DNA from: an uncultured Spirochaetota bacterium
GTDB taxonomy: Bacteria > Spirochaetota > Spirochaetia > SZUA-6 > Fen-1364
Direction of reading: 5' to 3'
NCBI GenBank assembly: GCA_963734545.1
Contig: CAVTHO010000008.1
Coordinates: 768,001 to 832,000, forward strand
Length of the DNA stretch: 64,000 bases
Of the stretch, positions 57,160-64,000 are shown one piece after another. A program made the translations under genes and the position numbers. The notes beneath the pieces were generated by a model. The model worked only from the letters and a program-made list of their open reading frames with translations. It did not search any database and was not told the origin of the DNA. Position 1 is the stretch's first letter, and the number at the start of each line of letters is the position of its first letter.

Positions 57160-58326
57160 TCAAGAGGCGCTGACCGGCCTGCCGTAAACGCGGTAACGCT
57201 TGTAGATCCGCGCGCCCATGCGGGTCGCGAGCGCCGGCGTATAGGGATTGTCGTCGGAGGTAAGGGAAAGGTCTGCCCACTGGTACCCTTTGGCGCGCGC
57301 CCGGCGGGCTATCTCATCGATGAGGAGGATGGCCGCGCCGCTTCCCCAGTATTCCGGCAGGATAAGGATGCTCTTGAGCGCAATGCAGCGCGGCTTGGAG
57401 CGCATCCATCGCAGTGCGCGCAGCATGTCCCATGGATACCGCAGCCCGTTGAGGTGAATGAGCACCTCGTTCACGTTCGGCACGCCGGCAAACCACCCGA
57501 TGGTTTTCCCTTCGATTTCCGCGAAGAGCACGAAGTCCGGATCCGCAATCCTGCTGAATGGCTCCAGCAGGCCTTCCACGGCCTCTCTCTCCCACGGGCG
57601 ATAGTCCGGAACGTGGGCCATGGATCTGTTCAGAAGCTCCTGCACCACCTCCACCTCGTTCTGCCATTGTCCGAGGTCGGGCGTGCGGATCCGGATCCAG
57701 CCTTTGCGCCTGATGCGCTCCGCAAGCACCGCGGTGCGCGCAAGCGCCGCGGAAGCAGTGTCGAACGTGAGCTCATAGGCCAGATTGTCGCCCCGCAGCG
57801 GCGTGAAGCCGTTGTGCTCGAAGAAGTCCATGTAGTACGGCGGCGTGTGGCCGCACAGCAGCACGGGCGGACGGTCCCGTCCTTCCACGAGAACGCCGTA
57901 GCTGTCCTCATAGTCCAGGTTGAAGGGCCCTCCGAGAGTGGCGAGTCCGCGCGCGGCTGCCCACTGCGAAACCCGGTCGATCATGGCCTTCGCAATGGCT
58001 TCTTCCTTCGCGTACTCGAAAAACCCGAACATGCACTCGCGCGCGTGCATGCGCGCGTTGTACGGCTTGTCCTCCGCGGCGCAGATCGTGCCCACCGGGG
58101 TGCCGCTCTTCCACGCGATGAACTGCTCCGCCTCTCCCCTCTTGAAGAAAGCGCCGCGTGCGGGATCGAGGGCCTTGGCACGCTCGGAAAGAAGAGGCGG
58201 CACCCACTGGGGATCATCCGCGTAGATTCTCCAGGGAAACGTCAGGAAAAGCCTTTGTTCACGGCGAGTGCGGACGGGCCGGACCTCGATGCTCCCTTGC
58301 GGTGTCTGCGGCATGACTGCCTGCAT
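57160..58326 (-). CDS. GNAT-fold N-acetyltransferase (YghO-like)
   Basis: FPWRIY..DP.WVPP, FGFFE, GPFN, HTPPYY, YKRYRVY. Confidence 0.8.
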   Translation of the reverse strand: MQAVMPQTPQGSIEVRPVRTRREQRLFLTFPWRIYADDPQWVPPLLSERAKALDPARGAFFKRGEAEQFIAWKSGTPVGTICAAEDKPYNARMHARECMFGFFEYAKEEAIAKAMIDRVSQWAAARGLATLGGPFNLDYEDSYGVLVEGRDRPPVLLCGHTPPYYMDFFEHNGFTPLRGDNLAYELTFDTASAALARTAVLAERIRRKGWIRIRTPDLGQWQNEVEVVQELLNRSMAHVPDYRPWEREAVEGLLEPFSRIADPDFVLFAEIEGKTIGWFAGVPNVNEVLIHLNGLRYPWDMLRALRWMRSKPRCIALKSILILPEYWGSGAAILLIDEIARRARAKGYQWADLSLTSDDNPYTPALATRMGARIYKRYRVYGRPVSAS

Positions 58327-58372
58327 TGTACGCCATCTGTCAATTCGACTACACTGCCACGGGAGGGATCCG

Positions 58373-59134
58373 GTGACACTCGCACAACTCGATCAGTGGC
58401 TTTCGACATTCCTCGGCATTGGCGCGCTGGAAGACATGGACAACAGCCAGAACGGATTGCAGGTCGGCAGCGCGGCGGCAGAGGTGCGGAAAGTCGCATT
58501 CGCCGTGGACGCGTCCATGGAAAGCTTTCGCCGGGCAGTCGAGGCGGGCGCGGACACGCTCTTCGTTCATCACGGCATTCTCTGGGGCAGGCCTGCCCGG
58601 ATCACGGGCGCGTTTTACGAGCGCGTGCGATTCCTCGTGGAACACGGCCTGGCCCTGTACGCGGTGCACCTGCCCCTGGATCTGCACGCCGAGGTCGGCA
58701 ACAACATCGGCATCGCCCGGCTTCTCGGCCTGAGGGACATCCAGCCATTCTGCTCGTATCGGGGCCTGAAAATCGGGTGCAAGGGGACACTGCCGGCGCC
58801 CGCGCGCCTGGAAGAGATCGTGCTCCGTCTGGGCGGGCGTCAGGGGGAGCAGATCCGGACCCTGCCATTCGGCCCCCCGATGATACAATCAGTCGGCATC
58901 GTATCGGGGGATGTGCCGAGGGAGTTCACGCAGGCGGTCGCGGAAGGCCTTGACCTGTACGTCACCGGCGAATCCGCCCACGAGATCTATCATCATTGCC
59001 TCGAAAGCCGAATCCATGTTATCTTTGCTGGTCACTACCACACGGAATCCTTCGGTGTCCAGCTGCTCGCAGACAGGCTCGCGCGGGAAACAGGCGTGGA
59101 AACGACATATCTCGACATTCCCACGGGGTTGTAA
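58373..59134 (+). CDS. Nif3-like dinuclear metal center protein
   Basis: NGLQVG, VHHG, HLPLD.H, GNN, TGE, GHYHTE; GGGAGG RBS before GTG. Confidence 0.92.
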   Translation: MTLAQLDQWLSTFLGIGALEDMDNSQNGLQVGSAAAEVRKVAFAVDASMESFRRAVEAGADTLFVHHGILWGRPARITGAFYERVRFLVEHGLALYAVHLPLDLHAEVGNNIGIARLLGLRDIQPFCSYRGLKIGCKGTLPAPARLEEIVLRLGGRQGEQIRTLPFGPPMIQSVGIVSGDVPREFTQAVAEGLDLYVTGESAHEIYHHCLESRIHVIFAGHYHTESFGVQLLADRLARETGVETTYLDIPTGL

Positions 59135-59671
59135 ATGATTCTGAACGTCGCAAAGAGGGACATCAAGTCCAGGCTGCTCCCGCTCGTGCTCTCCGCCGGG
59201 ATCATCATCCTGGACCAGCTTTCGAAGCTCGTCATCATCTGGACCGTGCCGAAGGGCCGCGTGGTTTCTGTCATTGGCGACTTTTTTCAGATCATCCACG
59301 TGCAGAACCCCGCCATCGCATTCAGCATCGGCCACGGCATTGCCTCGGGTCCGCGCCGGACGCTTTTCAGCCTTCTCCCCCTCGCCGTGATCGCCCTCCT
59401 TTTCCTCTACTATCTCCTCACCCGTGATCCGCTCACCCGGCTGCAGAAGTGGACATTCGCTGCGCTCCTGGGCGGCGGGCTGGGCAACTATGTGGACCGC
59501 ATCATCCGCCCGGAAGGGGTCGTGGATTTTCTGGACTTCAAGTTCTACGGATTTCTCGGCCTGGCCCGCTGGCCCACGTTCAACCTCGCCGATATGACAG
59601 TCGTGCTCGCCGGCATACTCCTCTTCGTGACATTCCTCATCCCCGCCCGGCCGGCAGAGGAGGCGAAATGA
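59135..59671 (+). CDS. lspA: Lipoprotein signal peptidase II
   Basis: DQLSK, N..IAFS, GNYVDR, VVDF, WPTFNLAD. Confidence 0.95.
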   Translation: MILNVAKRDIKSRLLPLVLSAGIIILDQLSKLVIIWTVPKGRVVSVIGDFFQIIHVQNPAIAFSIGHGIASGPRRTLFSLLPLAVIALLFLYYLLTRDPLTRLQKWTFAALLGGGLGNYVDRIIRPEGVVDFLDFKFYGFLGLARWPTFNLADMTVVLAGILLFVTFLIPARPAEEAK

Positions 59672-59943
59672 GCTCCACCGGGAAGATGGTCCTGTTTTTT
59701 CTCGGCGCAACGGTGTTCAACGTCGTTCTGATGATCGGCCTGGCCGCGCTCTTCGGAGGGCTCATCCTGCTCATTCTCGGCCCCCACGCCAATCCCAACG
59801 TGGCAATGCCGTTGATCGTCGTGGGTCTCATCGCCGCCATGGTGCTCACCTTCCTGATCTACGGCAGAGTGATGAAGTGGATCACGGTGAAGTTCGACCT
59901 GCAGAAGCACATTCCCCAGCTCTTCAAAGGCAGAAAGAAATAG
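59668..59943 (+). CDS. Small two-TM membrane protein translationally coupled to lspA
   Basis: ATGA overlap, GGAGG RBS, LFFLGATVFN and basic C-terminus. Confidence 0.8.
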   Translation: MSSTGKMVLFFLGATVFNVVLMIGLAALFGGLILLILGPHANPNVAMPLIVVGLIAAMVLTFLIYGRVMKWITVKFDLQKHIPQLFKGRKK

Positions 59944-59946
59944 GCT

Positions 59947-60462
59947 ATGGAATTCACCCGCGTCATCTGCGAGAGGGAAAGCATACGAAGCTATGACCCG
60001 ACACGACCGGTGGGGAAAGAGGTTCTGGGGAGGATCCTGGACGCCGGGCGCATTGCGCCCTCGGCCGCGAACCGGCAGCCCTGGAAGTTTCTCGTCGTCT
60101 CCTCACGGGAGGTGCTCGCCCAGGTCCGTCGATGCTACACGAAACCCTGGTTTCAGGACGCCCCGCACGTGCTCGTCGTCACGGGAAGAACGGGTGATTC
60201 CTGGACCCGGCAGGACGGATGGAACTCCATTGAAACCGACCTGATCATCGCCATGGACCACATGATCCTGGCCGCGGAGAACGAAGGGGTGGGTACCTGC
60301 TGGATCGCCACGTTCGACCCGGTAGCGCTGCGCGCCGCGCTGGGTCTCGGCGTGGAGGACCGCGTGTACGCAATCACTCCGCTGGGGTATCCGAAGCCCG
60401 GTTTCACCAAGAAGGGGCAGAAGCAGAGAAAGAGCCTTCAGGAAGTGGTACGCTATCTTTGA
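59947..60462 (+). CDS. Nitroreductase family protein
   Basis: RESIRSY, APSAANRQPW, GVGTCWI, LGYP. Confidence 0.92.
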   Translation: MEFTRVICERESIRSYDPTRPVGKEVLGRILDAGRIAPSAANRQPWKFLVVSSREVLAQVRRCYTKPWFQDAPHVLVVTGRTGDSWTRQDGWNSIETDLIIAMDHMILAAENEGVGTCWIATFDPVALRAALGLGVEDRVYAITPLGYPKPGFTKKGQKQRKSLQEVVRYL

Positions 60463-60480
60463 GTCGGGCCGACAGCCCGC

Positions 60481-62154
60481 TCAGTATCCGTCGGATTTGG
60501 CGATGTTCTGGTCTTTCTTGTACAGGTCGTTGTACACGAAACCGCGGTTCTTCAGATTGTCCTTGACGTGCTGGGGGAAGGGCATCATGCGCCAGAAGAT
60601 CCCGCGCACGTCCTTGTCCAGCTTCTGCATTCCCTGGCTTTCCTTGTTGATCCAGAGCGCATAGTCGCGGATGAAATACTCGCGCACGTCCCCGCGCAGC
60701 TTGTGCTCGGTGAACCACTGGTAGTACTTGCCCGTGATGCCCTCTTCCATCCAGTAGTACTGCGCCTTCTCCTTGGCCACCTGCCACCGCAGGTCAGCCA
60801 GGGCGGTGAGCACCGCAACCGGAAGGTTCTTGGGATACATGGGAATGGCGATACGGCCCCGGCTGGTGGCGCGATTGAACTTTTCGAACGGCTCCCAGCA
60901 GACTCCCGTATCACCGTAGCTGGCCAGGAGGATCACGTTGGGCACGATCCGCGTGGTCTGGCTCTTGTAGGTCCTGATAAAGAGACCGGGGTCCATGGCT
61001 TCCACCTGCGCCATCTCCCGGATCACATTCTCACGGGTGCCGATCTCCTTGATGAGGGGGCGGACGAACTGCGCAAGAAAGATGGGAAAGTGATTCCCCT
61101 GCCTTCCCACGCACATCTTTGCCATCTGCCGGATGCTGGCCCATTCGTCTACCACGGTCCTCTGGTCTACCGTGCTTTGCGCGTCTACTCCCTCGGACTT
61201 GCGTCCCAGTGACTCCAGGTCCTTGTCGATCCGCGCAAGGTCCCCGTAGGAGGAAACGATCTGGCCGTCCAGGTTCGAGAGCTGGCGGAGCAGCTCCTGG
61301 ATCTGCGCAAGCGCGGCCTTCTGTGTGGCGGAATAAGCCGCTTTCAGACCCCCGTACTCCTCGTTCCTGTCGTGGCGGATCAGCAGGTCCACCTGGCCGC
61401 GCAGCTGGGACTCCCGTTCCTCGAGCTGTGAGATCTTGGCCTTCAGGATCGTGATCTCGCTGTCCCGCTGGCCTCTTTTCTTCTCAAAGGCATCCAGGAT
61501 CTTCTGCCCGGTGGCCTTCCCCTTCTGCTTGACCTCGTCGATTGTCGAGGGCCTGACCAGGCCCTTGGAGATCCGCTCCAGCCATTCGTCGACGTACCAG
61601 ACCGGCTCGCCCACCTGGTTCTCGTACACGATTCGCGAGACCATGTCCCGCAGCTCCGGCGACAGGAATCCCGGAGAGAGAATTCCGAAGCGGAGCAGCA
61701 GCCGCTTGGGAGTGAGCAGGCCTTTGCCGGCTCGATACGCGACCCGGGCGCCCAGTTCCCAGAAGGCGGATATGAGCTGGGCCCGGAAATGGGATTTCTC
61801 TTCCGGGTCCTCTGCCTTCATGTACTTGCCCAGCAGCTCGTGAAGCCGGGTCCCCTCCTCCCCCTCTCCCCCGAGAACCTGCTTGTAGTATTCCTTCTCC
61901 TGGAAGAACGGTTTCGGATCCTCCTGGAGCTTGGTGATGGCGGGGAAGCGCGTGCGGGTGGTGTCTACATCTTCGCCCCGTATCTTCTGCTTTTTTTCGT
62001 CGGTGAACAGGGTGTGAAAGTCGGGCTTGCCGGTGGTCTCCTGGCCGGTCTCAGGCTCCGGTTCGGCAGCAGGCCGTGCCGGCTCTATGTTGAGCAGCTC
62101 AGCGAGATCAGGATCGAGGCCGTTTTGAGCAGGCGCCCCTTTTTTGTTGTCCAT
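60481..62154 (-). CDS. Hypothetical protein (central coiled coil, aromatic-rich C-terminal domain)
   Basis: 557-aa ORF with strong GC3 bias directly downstream of tRNA-Ala. Confidence 0.85.
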   Translation of the reverse strand: MDNKKGAPAQNGLDPDLAELLNIEPARPAAEPEPETGQETTGKPDFHTLFTDEKKQKIRGEDVDTTRTRFPAITKLQEDPKPFFQEKEYYKQVLGGEGEEGTRLHELLGKYMKAEDPEEKSHFRAQLISAFWELGARVAYRAGKGLLTPKRLLLRFGILSPGFLSPELRDMVSRIVYENQVGEPVWYVDEWLERISKGLVRPSTIDEVKQKGKATGQKILDAFEKKRGQRDSEITILKAKISQLEERESQLRGQVDLLIRHDRNEEYGGLKAAYSATQKAALAQIQELLRQLSNLDGQIVSSYGDLARIDKDLESLGRKSEGVDAQSTVDQRTVVDEWASIRQMAKMCVGRQGNHFPIFLAQFVRPLIKEIGTRENVIREMAQVEAMDPGLFIRTYKSQTTRIVPNVILLASYGDTGVCWEPFEKFNRATSRGRIAIPMYPKNLPVAVLTALADLRWQVAKEKAQYYWMEEGITGKYYQWFTEHKLRGDVREYFIRDYALWINKESQGMQKLDKDVRGIFWRMMPFPQHVKDNLKNRGFVYNDLYKKDQNIAKSDGY

Positions 62155-62164
62155 GTGAGCCTAG

Positions 62165-62238
62165 TGGAGGCGACGGGAATTGAACCCACGACCTCTTGAA
62201 TGCCATTCAAGCGCTCTAGCCAACTGAGCTACGCCCCC
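62165..62238 (-). tRNA. tRNA-Ala (anticodon GGC), CCA not encoded
   Basis: GGGGGCG acceptor with G3.U70, TAGCTCAGTTGG D arm, CTTGAA-TGGCA-TTCAAG anticodon arm, GGTTCAATTCC T arm; followed by CTA. Confidence 0.97.
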
Positions 62239-62251
62239 GGAACACGGGAGC

Positions 62252-62281
62252 ATAATAGAGAAATACCCCTCCGCCTGTCAA
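62252..62281 (-). promoter_or_regulatory. sigma70-like promoter of tRNA-Ala
   Basis: TTGACA-18-TATTAT followed by a GC-rich discriminator. Confidence 0.7.
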
Positions 62282-62291
62282 GAACGAACGC

Positions 62292-63107
62292 CTATGTGTC
62301 CGCCGCCGCGCGCACGCCGTTGGCGAGAATGCGCAAGCCCTCACCCCGGGCGCGGCCGCGGCCGCGCGGGAGGGTCGTTTCCCGCAAGGCCCACTGCGGG
62401 TGATTCTCTGCGTGAAGGAACGCCTCGGGGTGGGGCATGAGACCGAAGACCCTTCCGGTGGGATCGCAGATACCGGCCACGTGCCCATCGGAACCGTTGG
62501 GATCGTCGGGGTAGCTTACATCGTTCCTGCCCGCTTCCCTGGCCGCGTAACGCACCGCAATGAGACCGCGGCCAGCGAGCGCGTTCATGGCCTCGTTCGT
62601 TCTCACCACGAACTTGCCTTCGCCATGCCGCACGGGAAGGTCCATGTCGGTGAGCCCTCTTGTCCACACGCAGCGGCTGTTCTCTTCGAACCGGACCTTG
62701 ACCCAGCGGTCCTCGTATTTTCCTGAATCATTGTGGATCAGGGAAACCTCCTGCGTTCCCTTTCCCTCGAGATTGGGCAGTACTCCCATCTTGACGAGCA
62801 CCTGAAAGCCATTGCAGATCCCCAGAACGAGACCCCCGCGCGCTATGAATTCCTGCAATTCATCGCCCAGCGTGCGGCGGAAGAGAGTGGCAAAAACCTT
62901 TCCCGAGCCGAGATGGTCTCCAAATGAGAAGCCACCGGGGAAAGCGAGAATCCGGAAGGTGGACAGGAGGCCCGGTTTCCCGATCAGGTCGCTCACGTGC
63001 ACCCGGACGGCCTCCCCGCCCGTCCGGTCGAACGCGCAGGCGAGCTCTTCATCCGCATTGATTCCGAATCCGGTGATGATACAGACCCGCGGTCTTCTCC
63101 CTTTCAC
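62292..63107 (-). CDS. purQ: Phosphoribosylformylglycinamidine synthase glutaminase subunit
   Basis: PGGFSFGDHLG, LGICNGFQ, NDSG.YE.RWV, HGEG, PNGS, MPHPE. Confidence 0.93.
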   Translation of the reverse strand: MKGRRPRVCIITGFGINADEELACAFDRTGGEAVRVHVSDLIGKPGLLSTFRILAFPGGFSFGDHLGSGKVFATLFRRTLGDELQEFIARGGLVLGICNGFQVLVKMGVLPNLEGKGTQEVSLIHNDSGKYEDRWVKVRFEENSRCVWTRGLTDMDLPVRHGEGKFVVRTNEAMNALAGRGLIAVRYAAREAGRNDVSYPDDPNGSDGHVAGICDPTGRVFGLMPHPEAFLHAENHPQWALRETTLPRGRGRARGEGLRILANGVRAAADT

Positions 63108-64000
63108 GATGACGTCCCCCCGCTCCGGGACCAGAGCGCGCGGATCTCATCGACCGTCAGGGCGGCGATCTGCCGGCCCGCCGCCTCCACGCTGACCCGG
63201 GGCTCATGCGTCACCTCGCCGATCCACCCGCAGGCCACGCCCTTCATGATGCGTCTCCACCTCTTGAGACTGCGCGGGGCCACACTGACGAGAAATCGTG
63301 AGGGCGTCTCGCAGAAGAGCAGCCGCGCGGGTTCGCGGCCGCTTTCCCCGGATACGGGCAGCGCGTCCAGAAAGACCCTTGCACCGAGGTCCCCGCCCAG
63401 ACAGCTCTCCGCGAGGGCTACCCAGAGCCCGCCGTCCGAAAGGTCGTGGCACGAGCGTACGAGCCCCTGCCGGATTGCGCGGTACATTGCGCGATACGAT
63501 TCTCGCGCGGGACCGAGACGGACGGAGGGACAGGGTCCCCGGGCGCCTCCGCTGATTCTCTCGAAGCACGTGCCGCCGAGCTCGCCGCGCGTCTCCCCGA
63601 CCACGAACAGGAGGTCGCCCGGGTTCTTGAAATCCGTGGTCTGGGCCCTGCGCACGTCCGCGATGACCCCCATGAGGGAGACCAGGAGCGTGGGGCGGAT
63701 GGAAATCTTCCTGCCGCCCACGCGCGCGTCGTTCTTCATGGAGTCCTTCCCCGAAATCAGGGGAAGCTGATACGCCCGGCACGCCGCGGAAAGCCCGCGG
63801 CAGGCGCGTACGAGCTGGGCCAGCTTGAAGGGACCGTCCGGGGTCTCCGGCCCTTCCACGGGATCCGGCCAGCAGAAGTTGTCCAATGCGGACATCCGGT
63901 CGGGATCGCCCCCGAGCGCCACGTGGGCGCGCACCGCCTCATCCACCGCGCACTGGGCCATGTCCCAGGTATCGTGGTCCCCGTACCGGGGACAGATGCC
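63104..64000 (-). CDS. purL: Phosphoribosylformylglycinamidine synthase PurL (3' part, truncated by window edge)
   Basis: LDNFCWPDP, ISGKDSMKND, SCHDLSDGGL, ET.SRF; frame open to position 64000. Confidence 0.9.
   Translation of the reverse strand, partial: GICPRYGDHDTWDMAQCAVDEAVRAHVALGGDPDRMSALDNFCWPDPVEGPETPDGPFKLAQLVRACRGLSAACRAYQLPLISGKDSMKNDARVGGRKISIRPTLLVSLMGVIADVRRAQTTDFKNPGDLLFVVGETRGELGGTCFERISGGARGPCPSVRLGPARESYRAMYRAIRQGLVRSCHDLSDGGLWVALAESCLGGDLGARVFLDALPVSGESGREPARLLFCETPSRFLVSVAPRSLKRWRRIMKGVACGWIGEVTHEPRVSVEAAGRQIAALTVDEIRALWSRSGGTSS

Noticed and set aside
60481-62238. tRNA-Ala as an integration site for an island
   Set aside because: No integrase, no duplicated tRNA 3' end seen, and no compositional shift.

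Overview
High-GC bacterial chromosomal segment with about 55 genes and one tRNA-Ala(GGC). I found no CRISPR array, prophage, integrase or transposase. Gene content suggests a free-living spirochaete (inference): flgM next to an iron-ADH-like gene and trmH, an HATPase-like+HDOD protein, lspA with its small partner, and a LolA-like ABC cluster. Main content: threonine genes, serS, proC, recQ, an ABC-F, argA, a GH31 alpha-xylosidase/sugar-ABC/LacI locus, cydDC-cydAB, a ferredoxin-fused ETF/acyl-CoA dehydrogenase operon and purQ/purL. Six single-site frameshifts in five genes look like long-read consensus errors. Most notable unexplained observations: (1) a two-copy 3'-intergenic structured element built from GNA triloops and G.A-bracketed internal loops, conserved in architecture but not in stem sequence; (2) a dispersed 'AAT-palindrome-CG' REP-like family, possibly also inside cydD; (3) two collapsed genes retaining only their first and last codons; (4) recurrent leaderless-type promoters; (5) a membrane-tethered ECF sigma/RskA fusion upstream of a beta-propeller-cupredoxin beside the cyd locus; (6) an MBL-cNMP-hemerythrin sensor-enzyme; (7) two apparent pseudoenzymes. 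All calls come from reading motifs by eye; no database search was run.
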